Assembly (NCBI GenBank): GCA_041746575.1
Contig: JBGTGT010000091.1
Coordinates: forward strand, 1 to 36,410
Source of the DNA: Microcystaceae cyanobacterium
GTDB taxonomy: Bacteria; Cyanobacteriota; Cyanobacteriia; Cyanobacteriales; Microcystaceae
Direction: 5' to 3'
Length of the DNA: 36,410 bases
Shown: positions 19,812-29,694 of the stretch, one piece after another
How positions within the stretch are numbered: the stretch's first letter is position 1
Layout: every line of letters begins with the position of its first letter
Made by a program: the position numbers and the translations under genes
The notes under the pieces: model-generated
Databases searched by the model: none
What the model saw: only the letters and a program-made list of their open reading frames with translations
Told to the model about the DNA's origin: nothing

Positions 19812-21074
19812 TTACACACCGACAGCAGATAGAGGATGGGCGAAAGCCTCTTTAAGTAAAGCCGCTTTATCTGTTTTTTCCCAAGGCAAATCTAAATCGT
19901 TTCGACCAAAATGCCCATAGGCGGCGATATCTTGATAAAAACGACCTTGGCGTTCAAAAGGAAGATGACGCAAACCAAAAGCTTGAATAATGCCTGCCGG
20001 CCGCAATTCAAAGTGTTCTAAGACCACTTTTAAGAGTTTATCTTCATCTACCTTAGCTGTACCAAAGGTTTCAAGCATCACGCTTACTGGACGGGCTACG
20101 CCGATAGCGTAACTCACTTGAACTTCACACTTATCCGCTAAACCAGCCGCTACGATATTTTTAGCCACATAGCGACAAGCATAAGCCGCCGAACGATCTA
20201 CTTTAGTGGGATCTTTGCCTGAAAACGCGCCCCCCCCGTGCCGAGAGTAACCGCCGTAAGTATCAACAATGATTTTCCGCCCTGTCAAACCACAATCGCC
20301 TTGAGGCCCCCCAATCACAAATTTGCCGGTAGGATTGACTAAAAAACGAGTATTGCTATCGGGTTTAATAGCCAAATCGGTAAAAACAGTTTTAACGACC
20401 TTATCCCATAAATCGCTCTTAATTTGGGCTTGAACCGCATTATTATCCGCAATATCACCAATGGTTGCGGTGTGTTGGGTCGAAATCAAGATAGTATCAA
20501 TGCCAACCGGTTTACCATCTTCATAGATGATCGAAACTTGGGTTTTGCCATCTGGCCGAAGATAGCTCAGTTCGCCGCTTTTCCGCACTTGGGAGAGACG
20601 CAAAGAGATACGATGGGCTAAACTAATCGGTAAAGGCATTAATTCAGGCGTTTCACCGCAAGCGTAGCCAAACATTAACCCTTGATCGCCTGCTCCAATA
20701 CTATCAAGTTCATCTTCGCTGAGACGAGTTCGTTGTTCTTGCGCGCTGGTAACCCCTTGAGAAATGTCAGGCGATTGGCGATCTAGAGCGACTAAAACAG
20801 AGCAACTGTCGGCAGAAAAGCCATTATCAGCGTCAGTATAACCGATTTCAGCAATTTTTTTACGAACCAAATCTACATAATTAACATTGGCTTCGGTTGT
20901 AATCTCACCTGTAACTAGAACCAATCCGGTATTAACGACTACTTCTGCGGCAACACGACTATTGGGATCTTCTGCTAATAGAGCGTCTAGTATAGTATCG
21001 GAAATTTGATCACAGATTTTATCGGGATGGCCTTCTGTGACGGATTCTGAACTAAATAAATAACGACGTACCAA
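19812..21074 (-). CDS. metK: S-adenosylmethionine synthetase
   Basis: [39 protein letters not shown] and [10 protein letters not shown] motifs; TTG start with AGAGG RBS. Confidence 0.98.
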   Translation of the reverse strand: MVRRYLFSSESVTEGHPDKICDQISDTILDALLAEDPNSRVAAEVVVNTGLVLVTGEITTEANVNYVDLVRKKIAEIGYTDADNGFSADSCSVLVALDRQSPDISQGVTSAQEQRTRLSEDELDSIGAGDQGLMFGYACGETPELMPLPISLAHRISLRLSQVRKSGELSYLRPDGKTQVSIIYEDGKPVGIDTILISTQHTATIGDIADNNAVQAQIKSDLWDKVVKTVFTDLAIKPDSNTRFLVNPTGKFVIGGPQGDCGLTGRKIIVDTYGGYSRHGGGAFSGKDPTKVDRSAAYACRYVAKNIVAAGLADKCEVQVSYAIGVARPVSVMLETFGTAKVDEDKLLKVVLEHFELRPAGIIQAFGLRHLPFERQGRFYQDIAAYGHFGRNDLDLPWEKTDKAALLKEAFAHPLSAVGV

Positions 21075-21136
21075 TTTTGTTTATCCTCTCTATCTAGTAA
21101 ATGATTAACTAATTATCTTACACGTTTCGTTACAAA

Positions 21137-21865
21137 TCAGCCTAAAATCATTTCTGAGAATTGATTGATCACCACATCAGCTTTTAGCACCATCAAGGGA
21201 TAGCGACAAATGCCAACAGTTCCTTGTGCCTGAGCCGATTGAGCCATGGATATATCCCCTTGAGAATCGCCAATCATCAGGGTTCTTTCCACATTAGTCC
21301 CTAATTCTTGGCACATTTTAAGATATAAAGCGGGATCCGGTTTAAAGAGATTGACTTCTATGCCCCAGATCAGATCAATATAATCGGAAAGTGCATTATC
21401 TTGCACAAATAATTGAATATTGGCAGTTGAATCTGAGGAAAGAATGGCAATTTTAAGATCTGATTGCTTTAAAATTTCTAAAAATGGCTTCACATCCGGA
21501 AAAATAGGAGAGTTTTGGTTATTTCGAAAACAGTATTGATCAGCATCTTGAAAAGATTGACGCACAATTGTTAGAGCTTCAAACCACCCTTTTCCTGTTT
21601 CTGCCACATAGGCGGCGGCGGCAATTTCATTTTCTCGGCGACTCCCCACTGCCATTAACCCCATGGGATCAAGTTTATTCTCTTGCCAACCGACAGCCAT
21701 CTGCAGCGGTTCACCCACCCCCGGAATCTGCGCATCTAGCAAACGAGTCCGTTTAAACAATAATTCTTGTAAATAAGGGTGAGAATTTTGGAGCGTTCCG
21801 TCTTTATCAAAGATAATGGCTTCGATGTCGTTAAATTGTTGATTTTTACATTGAATTGTGACCAT
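21137..21865 (-). CDS. HAD-family hydrolase (phosphoglycolate phosphatase-like)
   Basis: IIFDKDGTL, ILSSD, KPDP and MIGDS..D motifs. Confidence 0.88.
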   Translation of the reverse strand: MVTIQCKNQQFNDIEAIIFDKDGTLQNSHPYLQELLFKRTRLLDAQIPGVGEPLQMAVGWQENKLDPMGLMAVGSRRENEIAAAAYVAETGKGWFEALTIVRQSFQDADQYCFRNNQNSPIFPDVKPFLEILKQSDLKIAILSSDSTANIQLFVQDNALSDYIDLIWGIEVNLFKPDPALYLKMCQELGTNVERTLMIGDSQGDISMAQSAQAQGTVGICRYPLMVLKADVVINQFSEMILG

Positions 21866-21870
21866 AAGAG

Positions 21871-21909
21871 TTACAATAAATGAGATATTGATTAACGAAA
21901 TTATTGTAA
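21871..21909. promoter_or_regulatory. Symmetric divergent promoter with mirror TATTGT -10 elements
   Basis: Perfect 9-bp inverted repeat TTACAATAA-N21-TTATTGTAA; each TATTGT lies 7-8 nt before a start codon. Confidence 0.45.
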
Positions 21910-21915
21910 TTATCC

Positions 21916-22614
21916 GTGAGAATTGATGTTATCACACTCTTTCCCGACTTTTTTACCTCTCCGCTTCAGTCGGGCTTACTAGGGAAGGCGTTAGCCAAGG
22001 AAATTGCCCAGATTAATCTCATTAATCCCCGATGTTTTACTCAAGATAAACATCATAAAGTCGATGATGAACCCTATGGGGGTGGGGTGGGTATGGTCTT
22101 AAAACCTGACCCTATTTTTGCGGCTGTTGAGTCTATTCCCCGTTTATCTCCCTCTCAAGTGTTGTTAATGAGTCCACAAGGGAAAACCCTAAATCAAAGA
22201 TTACTACAAGACTGGGGGCAACACTATCAACAATTAATCCTCATTTGTGGTCATTACGAAGGCTTTGATGAGCGAATTCGTTATCTAGCCGATTTAGAAG
22301 TTTCTTTGGGGGATTTTGTCTTAACTTGCGGGGAAATTCCTGCCTTGACAATTATTAACGGCGTAATTCGCCTGTTACCAGGGACAGTGGCTAAGAAAGA
22401 TTCCTTAAAATTAGAGAGTTTCGAGGAAGGACTCTTGGATTATCCCCAATATACCCGTCCGGCGGTTTTTCGAGAATGGACAGTTCCCGACGTGTTAAGG
22501 TCTGGCAATCATCAAGCGATTGACGAATGGCGACGAGAACAACAAATTCAGCGCACCAAAGAGCGTCGTCCGGATTTGTGGCAACAAAAGGAAGAGAAGG
22601 CAGCAGAAACTTAG
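21916..22614 (+). CDS. trmD: tRNA (guanine-37-N1)-methyltransferase
   Basis: ITLFP, VDDEPYGGGVGMV, SPQG, CGHYEGFDER, SLGDFVLTCGE, YPQYTRP and SGNH motifs. Confidence 0.97.
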   Translation: MRIDVITLFPDFFTSPLQSGLLGKALAKEIAQINLINPRCFTQDKHHKVDDEPYGGGVGMVLKPDPIFAAVESIPRLSPSQVLLMSPQGKTLNQRLLQDWGQHYQQLILICGHYEGFDERIRYLADLEVSLGDFVLTCGEIPALTIINGVIRLLPGTVAKKDSLKLESFEEGLLDYPQYTRPAVFREWTVPDVLRSGNHQAIDEWRREQQIQRTKERRPDLWQQKEEKAAET

Positions 22615-22623
22615 GGCTAAAAA

Positions 22624-22686
22624 GGGAATTTTAGGACGAGATACCCATTTTAAAGCCAATTCATAGACGGGGTTTCTCCTGCTCCC
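22624..22686. terminator. Long imperfect hairpin between convergent trmD and ctpB
   Basis: GGGA..AGGA.GAGA.ACCC pairs with GGGT.TCTCCT..TCCC. Confidence 0.3.
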
Positions 22687-22727
22687 TGCGATGATTGATG
22701 ACTGGGGGGTTAATCGCGCACTTTTGA

Positions 22728-24092
22728 TTAATCAACGCGCTGAGGAAAACTCAGACCAACAGGTTTTGGTTGGCTCGGCGTCACTGTTAACGGATTACGA
22801 TAGCGTTGTAACACACTCACCGCCTGTTTATATTGGGGATCAGCATTTGTTCCTAGTAATGAAGGATCATTGCGAAAACGCAGTTTCTGTTCCATGGTTA
22901 AATCGCTGATAATATCAGGTTTGATGCCTTTTTGGTTGATATCCGTGCCACTAGGCGGATAATAACGGGCAATGGTTACGGCTAACCCCGATCCATCTGA
23001 CAGAGAATGAACCGACTGTACGGTTCCCTTGCCATACGTGGTTGTCCCCACAATGGTCGCTCGTTTGTTTTCCTTCAACGCACCCGTTAAAATTTCACTG
23101 GCACTGGCCGACCCTTTATTGACTAAAATAACGAGGGGTAGATTGGTCAATGCTGTATTATTAGCACTAAAGTGACGACTTCCCCCTTTACGGTCAATTG
23201 TGCTAACGATTTCGCCATCGGGCATCCATTGACGAGCAATATCAACACTGGCAAAGAGCAGTCCCCCCGGATTATTGCGCAAATCTAAGACATAGCCTGA
23301 AACCTGTTGATTACTTAACTCTCCAATCGCTTGCTCCATTTGTTCGGCCGCATGGGAGCTAAATTCCTCTAATTTGATATAACCCACCTTGAAATTCCCT
23401 TCTTCTTTGAGGGTATAACTCACTGAGGCGATTTCAATCTGAGAACGCTTCAAGGTGACATTATAGACCTCTTTGTTCGGTCGCATAAGCTGAAGGGTGA
23501 CTTCCGTGCCTAATTCTCCTGAAATCGCGTCTGAGGCTTGTTCTAGGGACATCAGAGCAGTCGGTTTACCATCTACCCGCAAAAGGCGATCGCCCGGTTG
23601 AACACCCGCCATCATAGCAGGAGAACTACGTAGGGTATCCACAATCACAAATTGACTCGTACGCTTATCGAGAGTAAGACGAATCCCTACACCCGACATT
23701 TCCCCTGAGGTTTGATTGGTTAAAATTTGAAATTCACTGGGTTCTAGAAAACGAGTATAGGGATCATTCAGATTTTCTAAGGCTTTACGAATCGCTTTAT
23801 AAGCTTGTTTAGGGTTATCGTAGCTTTCTTTTAGTAAATCTTGCCGAGTTTTCTGCCAATCGGCATGGTGAAAGTCGGGGTCGACATACTCTGAATTCAC
23901 AATCTGCCAGACTTCATCTACAATGGATTTCGGGCTATCTTCTAGGGTAATTCTTTTGTTCTGTGCTACGGTTTCAACAGGAACAAGAAGAGCCGTAGCA
24001 GTGAGTAGCGTTCCGAGGGTTAAAGTCGTGATCGCTCCACCCATAAAGTATTTAGCGAATAAAGGACAACGATTAAAGAACTGCTGATTCAT
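22728..24092 (-). CDS. ctpB: Carboxyl-terminal processing protease (S41A, PDZ), CtpB type
   Basis: DPYTRF, PDZ domain, LDLRNNPGG, SASASEI, YGKGTVQ; ARYYPPSGTDIN and EFSSH segments resemble cyanobacterial CtpB. Paralog assignment is from memory. Confidence 0.8.
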   Translation of the reverse strand: MNQQFFNRCPLFAKYFMGGAITTLTLGTLLTATALLVPVETVAQNKRITLEDSPKSIVDEVWQIVNSEYVDPDFHHADWQKTRQDLLKESYDNPKQAYKAIRKALENLNDPYTRFLEPSEFQILTNQTSGEMSGVGIRLTLDKRTSQFVIVDTLRSSPAMMAGVQPGDRLLRVDGKPTALMSLEQASDAISGELGTEVTLQLMRPNKEVYNVTLKRSQIEIASVSYTLKEEGNFKVGYIKLEEFSSHAAEQMEQAIGELSNQQVSGYVLDLRNNPGGLLFASVDIARQWMPDGEIVSTIDRKGGSRHFSANNTALTNLPLVILVNKGSASASEILTGALKENKRATIVGTTTYGKGTVQSVHSLSDGSGLAVTIARYYPPSGTDINQKGIKPDIISDLTMEQKLRFRNDPSLLGTNADPQYKQAVSVLQRYRNPLTVTPSQPKPVGLSFPQRVD

Positions 24093-24171
24093 AGAAAACT
24101 GAGGCTGTAAGATGGGTAGAAGGATTCATCGGCAGGAGATATTTTTAAGGATAATTCATTTCCTTATTTTT

Positions 24172-24609
24172 TTACTTTACTCTGGACTTTAAAAAATCGA
24201 GTAGAATTTTCTGGTGAACTAAGGCTAGTGGACGATACTGTCGGGCTTTGCTTGAATAACAGTGTCCCGTCTGCAACTTTTCCCTATCTATTAACGCCAT
24301 ATCCCACCCTTCCTGTTGGTTTAATTGACTCAGTGGCACGGTTAATGGGGCATGAAAAACATAACGATAGGCATTTTCGTCGCTATACAGGGCAAAAAGC
24401 TTAAAATCAATGATATTGTAGTTAATTTCTTCCCATATCTCTCTTTTGATTGCTTCTTCTGCCGTTTCTCCCTTTTCAAAATGACCACCGAATAATGCCC
24501 ACTGGCCGGGATAAAGAATCGTGGGAATATCATCCCTTAATTGTAATAAAAACCGATTTTTTTGTGACAATATGGCAATAGCTGCTGTTCGCAAGGGTTT
24601 ACTTGGCAT
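24172..24609 (-). CDS. NUDIX hydrolase
   Basis: LLQLRDD, WALFGG, Nudix box GHFEKGETAEEAIKREIWEEI; the ATG at 24609 overlaps the upstream gene's stop by 11 nt. Confidence 0.88.
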   Translation of the reverse strand: MPSKPLRTAAIAILSQKNRFLLQLRDDIPTILYPGQWALFGGHFEKGETAEEAIKREIWEEINYNIIDFKLFALYSDENAYRYVFHAPLTVPLSQLNQQEGWDMALIDREKLQTGHCYSSKARQYRPLALVHQKILLDFLKSRVK

Positions 24610-25138
24610 TTTGCTTATGGGGTAAGAACAAATCATCGGGAAGAAGGGGAGAATTCGCTGGGGGTTGAGGTTTAGAAGACGGGGAAGCAGGGGGTTCTAT
24701 GATAATATCGTTAGGCGGTTTTACTTCAATTTGCGAGGGAATGGGTGAATTAGGTTCTTGGGCAGGGACATTTGCCACTTTTTCTAATTCAACAAGGTAA
24801 AATTCCCCTAATTCTTGTCCTTCTACGGGAATGGACTGATATTCAACTGTGCCTTTTAAGGCAATTTCTTCACCGGCTTGGGGTAAGAGATCTTGGGTAA
24901 TCACCCACACTTGACCTGTCGTATCTTTCAATAAATAGGCTCCGTTCTCTAGGAATGGAACTTTTTCGGCAACAATTCCACTAACGTATACATTTTCGCC
25001 TTTTTCCTTTCCTTGAAGTTGTCCAATGGAGGCAGACGTTGGAAAAGCCAAACTGAGATAGGTTAGAGGTTGGCATCCTAATAAACCCACACTGAGGGCG
25101 AAGGAGAGCAAGAAACTGCCTATTTTAGAAACAACCAT
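24599..25138 (-). CDS. Putative lipoprotein with OB-fold-like domain and Pro-rich tail
   Basis: Lipobox LLGC; VYVSGIV...YLLKDTTGQVWV...GEEIALKGTV beta-barrel pattern. Confidence 0.65.
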   Translation of the reverse strand: MVVSKIGSFLLSFALSVGLLGCQPLTYLSLAFPTSASIGQLQGKEKGENVYVSGIVAEKVPFLENGAYLLKDTTGQVWVITQDLLPQAGEEIALKGTVEYQSIPVEGQELGEFYLVELEKVANVPAQEPNSPIPSQIEVKPPNDIIIEPPASPSSKPQPPANSPLLPDDLFLPHKQNAK

Positions 25139-25324
25139 AGTTCTTTACTGATGAGGGTTTAATGGATCTTAGATCACGTTTCTGGCGTCGAATCACTATT
25201 GCGAAATTGCAAAAAAAGTTAGGGGTTATTTCGTCAAATTGTTTATGATGACGAGAGATTCACGGGAAAGTTTCGATCCGTCTAAAATGAAAACAAGGTT
25301 TTATGAACTAAACGGGGCTAAATT

Positions 25325-26137
25325 ATGAAAATCTCTGGTAATAAACGCAGTTTTTGGGTATATTTTGGCTTGATTGCCATGGTAATTGCTTTGATTTTAT
25401 TTTCTATTCTGCCGCTTGTGACCAGTATGATGAAAGAGCAAAATCGTCTATCTTCCTCATCTTCTGGGGGAAATTTGCGAAGAGAACAAGAGGCGATGGG
25501 CTATCAATTAGTGATTGAACGAGAACCGGATAATCAAAATGCTTTACGAGGATTATTGAATATTCGCTTGAAACAAGGGGATATTGGGGGAGCAATCGAA
25601 CCCTTATCCCGTTTAGCGCAACTGAATCCAGAGGTTACGGATTATCAGTTACTTTTAGCTCAGACGCAAGCTCAAATCGAAGATTACAGGGGGGCAACTG
25701 CGACCTATCGTCGAGCAATTGAACAAGATCCGAGCAATATGCTCGTTATACAAAGCTGGACAGAAATGCTAATGGGACAAAACCGCTTTGAGGAGGCAAT
25801 TTCAGTCGTAAAACAGGCTATTCTTAGCAAAGACACAAGGGTTGATAGCACTGCCTTGCAATTGCGTTTAGGAGAAATTTATACCGCCCAAGGACAGCCT
25901 CAACAAGCGATCACCCTTTATGAGCAATTAATAAAAACCGCTAGCAAGGATTTTCGACCTATTTTAGCCAAGGCTTTACTACTGAAACAACAGGGCAATG
26001 TCACAGACGCAGAACCGCTCTTTAATACAGCTATCGAACTTGCTCCCGTTGCTTATAAAGATCAAATTAAAGCATTAGCGACAATTTCTTTGCGCCCCAA
26101 GAGTAATCCGTCGATAGTAAGACGCTCTGCTAAGTGA
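25325..26137 (+). CDS. Membrane-anchored TPR protein
   Basis: N-terminal TM helix; repeated TPR-like units (EPDNQNAL, LNPE, QDPSN, DFRP.LAKA). Confidence 0.8.
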   Translation: MKISGNKRSFWVYFGLIAMVIALILFSILPLVTSMMKEQNRLSSSSSGGNLRREQEAMGYQLVIEREPDNQNALRGLLNIRLKQGDIGGAIEPLSRLAQLNPEVTDYQLLLAQTQAQIEDYRGATATYRRAIEQDPSNMLVIQSWTEMLMGQNRFEEAISVVKQAILSKDTRVDSTALQLRLGEIYTAQGQPQQAITLYEQLIKTASKDFRPILAKALLLKQQGNVTDAEPLFNTAIELAPVAYKDQIKALATISLRPKSNPSIVRRSAK

Positions 26138-26209
26138 CTGGCATAAATGAACGTTGGAATCTCTCGATTTTTCTGAGGATTCCCGATTCTCTAACTATGA
26201 CGGCAAAGT

Positions 26210-27082
26210 CTAGTGATGAAAACGAATTCCTAGAAAGACGTCGTACAAAAAACCACCTAAATTCTTTTTTTCCAGCAATCCCAAAGATTGATCACAGCCT
26301 TTTCGATCCAGTAAGGGCTTCATGGTGTGATAGGCTGGCTTGTATTGATACCAAGGAATTGATGGCCATAAATGGTGAATTAAATGATAATTTTGTCCAA
26401 AAATCAAAATATTAAGAATAGCGCTAGGATATACCCTGGCATTTTTCCAGCGATTGGTTTCTTTAAACGGACGATGGGGTAAGTAGTCAAAAAATAGCCC
26501 TAAAGCCACACCGACCACTAAGGCGGGAACAAACCAAAAATTCATGATATAATCCATGAATCCGTAGTGAATTCCCAACAATACGACCGTAAACAAGAAT
26601 AAACGGCTTAAAAACCATTCTAATAGTTCATATTTCTTCCAAAGACGACGCTGAAAAAAATACACTTCATGGTAAAAAAAGCGCGTGGCAATTAACCATA
26701 AAGGTCCCCCTGTGGAAACAAAATGATCGGGATCGTTTTCGGGGTCGTTAACATGGGCGTGATGCTGTAAATGAACCCTTGTAAAGACAGGAAAGGCAAA
26801 ACCCAGCATTAAGGCACTGCCATGACCCAAAATAGCGTTTAAGATACGATTGCGATGAGCAGAATTATGGGAGGCATCATGAATGACCGTCCCTGACAAA
26901 TGCAATGCCAGTACATTTGCTCCGAAACATACCCAAACTGGCCAACTCCACCACCAATAACCGCACACCGAAAGGGTAATTAACGTAAGGGCGGTTAGAA
27001 ACATTAACACATTGGGATTAAACCCTCCGTGAGGTTTCAAGTATTTTTTAGGGATGGTCAGCACCGTCTCAGCTGACTGCAT
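26210..27082 (-). CDS. crtR: Beta-carotene hydroxylase (desaturase-type di-iron)
   Basis: His boxes HDASH, HLQHH, HLIHH; DPENDPDH and FFDYLPHRPF. Confidence 0.95.
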   Translation of the reverse strand: MQSAETVLTIPKKYLKPHGGFNPNVLMFLTALTLITLSVCGYWWWSWPVWVCFGANVLALHLSGTVIHDASHNSAHRNRILNAILGHGSALMLGFAFPVFTRVHLQHHAHVNDPENDPDHFVSTGGPLWLIATRFFYHEVYFFQRRLWKKYELLEWFLSRLFLFTVVLLGIHYGFMDYIMNFWFVPALVVGVALGLFFDYLPHRPFKETNRWKNARVYPSAILNILIFGQNYHLIHHLWPSIPWYQYKPAYHTMKPLLDRKGCDQSLGLLEKKNLGGFLYDVFLGIRFHH

Positions 27083-27252
27083 GGTGTCCGTTTGCTCCTT
27101 TCTATGAGTAACTGCGTTCCTCGCGCTAGTTTACACTAATTTGAGGATTTTATAAAGATTTGTAACATTATCTCAGCTTATATAAGCGGATAAGATAGAT
27201 AACTTCTGTCAGGTTTCGCAGGAGGCAGGATCAGACCGATCAACGTGGGCAT

Positions 27253-27286
27253 AAAAAAAACGCCTGCTTAGTCCAGTAAACAGACG
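27253..27286 (-). terminator. Rho-independent terminator of psbEFLJ
   Basis: Minus strand CGTCTGTTTA-CTGGAC-TAAGCAGGCG followed by T8. Confidence 0.85.
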
Positions 27287-27321
27287 GTTATCAACTGATA
27301 ATAAATCAATCATTGCAAGAC

Positions 27322-27441
27322 TTATAGAGAAGACCCTAGTCCCGCATACGCACCGTAGAAAAATAAACCGACCACAGCGATAACGCCTAGGCCAGCAATC
27401 ACGCCGACGACCCAAAGGGGAATTCTTCCTTCTGACAACAT
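27322..27441 (-). CDS. psbJ: Photosystem II protein J
   Basis: Manual translation [48 protein letters not shown]. Confidence 0.97.
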   Translation of the reverse strand: MLSEGRIPLWVVGVIAGLGVIAVVGLFFYGAYAGLGSSL

Positions 27442-27483
27442 GGTTAATAGCCTCCTAATTGCTCCCAACAAATGTGAAATGAA

Positions 27484-27603
27484 TTAATTGAAGAAATAGC
27501 TAGAAAAGAGAATGCCAAGGACGGCAATCAACAGTAAACCGAGGTAGAGTGAAGTTCGGTTTAGTTCAACGGGTTGGCGGTTGGGATTGTTATTACGATC
27601 CAT
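27484..27603 (-). CDS. psbL: Photosystem II protein L
   Basis: Manual translation [39 protein letters not shown]. Confidence 0.97.
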   Translation of the reverse strand: MDRNNNPNRQPVELNRTSLYLGLLLIAVLGILFSSYFFN

Positions 27604-27612
27604 GATGTACTC

Positions 27613-27741
27613 CTATCGTTGAATAAATTGCATAGCGGCGATCGCACCGATAAAAAAAACGGTGGGAATGGCTAAAGCATGAACGGATAGCCAGCGAACA
27701 GTAAAAATCGGATAAGAAATGGGTTCGTTTGGATTTGCCAT
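27613..27741 (-). CDS. psbF: Cytochrome b559 beta subunit
   Basis: Manual translation [42 protein letters not shown]. Confidence 0.97.
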   Translation of the reverse strand: MANPNEPISYPIFTVRWLSVHALAIPTVFFIGAIAAMQFIQR

Positions 27742-27768
27742 GGTTTTTGATGACCTTTTCTCAATTAA

Positions 27769-28014
27769 CTACTTACTAAACTCTTTAATTTGCTGACTCG
27801 CACTGTAGCGATCAGTAATAATCGGTAATTCCTGCCGTTCTTGAGTAAAGTATTGGTCAGGACGGGGTGTCCCAAAAACATCATAAGCTAATCCTGTACT
27901 CACAAACAGCCAACCGGCAATAAACAGCATAGGAATAGTAATGCTATGGATGACCCAATAGCGAATGCTCGTTACAATATCAGAAAAAGGGCGTTCTCCG
28001 GTAGTACCAGACAT
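27769..28014 (-). CDS. psbE: Cytochrome b559 alpha subunit
   Basis: [23 protein letters not shown]...YDVFGTPRP. Confidence 0.98.
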   Translation of the reverse strand: MSGTTGERPFSDIVTSIRYWVIHSITIPMLFIAGWLFVSTGLAYDVFGTPRPDQYFTQERQELPIITDRYSASQQIKEFSK

Positions 28015-28097
28015 TGATTTCTCCTCCTAAGGAAACACGGTAATAAACAATACTTTACATCATAAGGAACGCTTGGCCAGACTTACAAGGCGCATTT

Positions 28098-29102
28098 TTA
28101 CCCAATTTCTTTTGAGGGATGATATTTTAATAAAACACCATCTTGACCCAAAACAAAGCCTTTTTCGGGGTTGACAAAAATTATTTTATAAAAATTCGAG
28201 GCCACCGTTTCAAGGACTCGATCTTTCTGCCACGTTTCGCCTTGATCAAAGCTTACCAGTAAGTTACCACTGCCACCAGATACCCAGAGTTCTTTGGGGG
28301 TACGATAGGCTAAGTCTAATAGTCCCCAACTCGTAGCAGGTTCGGGATAAATAATGTCTTGCCAAGCTTCGGTTTCTCCGGGCAAGCTAAACTGCACTTG
28401 ACCCCCTCTAGCCAATAACCAGAGTTGATCGTCGTCGTTGAAGCCCATGGCTTGTAGGCGACGGGAAGATGTCCGATCATGGAATAACCACTCGGTTTGG
28501 CCGGGTTCCCACGTCGAAAAGAAATTGCCTCGTGCGGAAACGGCTACATATCTCCCATCGGGAGAACGAGTAATATTGCGGGCGACGCCGACTGCTCCCT
28601 CAACAAGAGCTTTCCACGTTTGCCCACCGTTAGTGGTTTTGTAAATTGCCCCTAAATCGGTCACCATTTCGGCGGTTTTATCCCCTAACGCCACGATACC
28701 ATAGGGGGCGCCCGGTAATTTTTCGCTGAGGGGAATGCGTGACCAAGTGATACCGCCATCCTCAGTATGGAGTAGGATGGAAGGTTTACCCGTCACCCAA
28801 CCTTCTTGGCCGGAAAAACTAACTGCCGTAAAGCTAGCTTTTTCTTCGCCTAAGTCTAGAGTCCGCTTTTGCCACGTTTCACCCCCATCAAGGGTTTCAA
28901 AAAGGGTTGCTTTGGTGCCGACTAACCAACCGTGTTGACTCTCGTCGGTAAAGGCAAGGTCAGCGAAGGTGGAATCCGTATCTAAGGTAATGGGTTGCCA
29001 AGGGTTGTCACTGAGAGAGGGAACTTTACTGCAACTGATACAGAAAAAAGCAATAACGACGAATAGGGCAATTTGTTTTAAGGATTTTGTTAATCGGATC
29101 AT
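28098..29102 (-). CDS. ycf48: Photosystem II assembly factor Ycf48/Hcf136
   Basis: Lipobox CISC, repeated T.DGG.TW propeller units, VSARGNF, RRLQ.MG; lies between rubA and psbE. Confidence 0.95.
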   Translation of the reverse strand: MIRLTKSLKQIALFVVIAFFCISCSKVPSLSDNPWQPITLDTDSTFADLAFTDESQHGWLVGTKATLFETLDGGETWQKRTLDLGEEKASFTAVSFSGQEGWVTGKPSILLHTEDGGITWSRIPLSEKLPGAPYGIVALGDKTAEMVTDLGAIYKTTNGGQTWKALVEGAVGVARNITRSPDGRYVAVSARGNFFSTWEPGQTEWLFHDRTSSRRLQAMGFNDDDQLWLLARGGQVQFSLPGETEAWQDIIYPEPATSWGLLDLAYRTPKELWVSGGSGNLLVSFDQGETWQKDRVLETVASNFYKIIFVNPEKGFVLGQDGVLLKYHPSKEIG

Positions 29103-29117
29103 AAACCGTAATTTAGA

Positions 29118-29465
29118 TTAGTTTAAACCATACAAGCTCAGAAAAAAGAGGATAGCCAAAGCTAATCCGCCAAAAATCAGAAGACTTTTTTGTTTTGGGT
29201 TTAGATTGTTTACCCCAAAGCCATAATTAAGATTTTCGGCAAATCCTGAAGGGGCATCGCCTGAACCAGCGTTGACAAACTGATTTTGTTTAGCTCCACA
29301 CACAGGACAACGCCAATCTTGAGGTAAGTTTTCAAAGGGTGTATCAGGGGAAATTTGGGTTTTCCCGTCCCCTTTACTCGGTTCATAGACGTAACCGCAA
29401 ACCCGACATTCATAGTTAGCAGGAGCAAGTTCTGCTAGGGTTTGCTCTTTCGGTCGTTCAGTCAT
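29118..29465 (-). CDS. rubA: Membrane-anchored rubredoxin A
   Basis: [10 protein letters not shown]...[16 protein letters not shown] and C-terminal TM helix; ATG at 29465. Confidence 0.95.
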   Translation of the reverse strand: MTERPKEQTLAELAPANYECRVCGYVYEPSKGDGKTQISPDTPFENLPQDWRCPVCGAKQNQFVNAGSGDAPSGFAENLNYGFGVNNLNPKQKSLLIFGGLALAILFFLSLYGLN

Positions 29466-29638
29466 GACCAAAAATCCTGCCATTCTTAAAGGAACTGTTA
29501 CGAATTATATCCTGTTTGTGACATTTCTTAGAATGAGGTTTTGCGCGATTATCTAGGAGCGGGATGAGCGATCGCTGAAGTATTGACACAAGTCTGTTTT
29601 TTCGAGAAAAATTGAATTTTAGGTGACGCCTCAGAATA

Positions 29639-29668
29639 AATTCCCCCACCATCAAAGGTAGGGGAATT
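29639..29668 (-). terminator. Hairpin downstream of psaB
   Basis: Minus strand AATTCCCCTACC-TTTGAT-GGTGGGGGAATT followed by TATT. Confidence 0.65.
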
Positions 29669-29694
29669 GATCTTACTTCAACAAAAGCTTATCT

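Larger units (their letters stand above)
3322..23593. repeat. Dispersed HIP1 octamers (GCGATCGC)
   Basis: Examples at 3322, 7700, 12162, 18774 and 23586, with more elsewhere in the window; hallmark of many cyanobacterial genomes. Confidence 0.9.

Noticed and set aside
27209..27415. 68-aa minus-strand ORF
   Set aside because: Alternative frame of psbJ that runs through the operon terminator.
1252..28938. Other short nested or antisense ORFs (e.g. 1252, 2418, 5350, 8382, 15447, 18214, 22691, 26134, 28438)
   Set aside because: Each lies wholly or largely within a well-supported CDS and lacks independent evidence.
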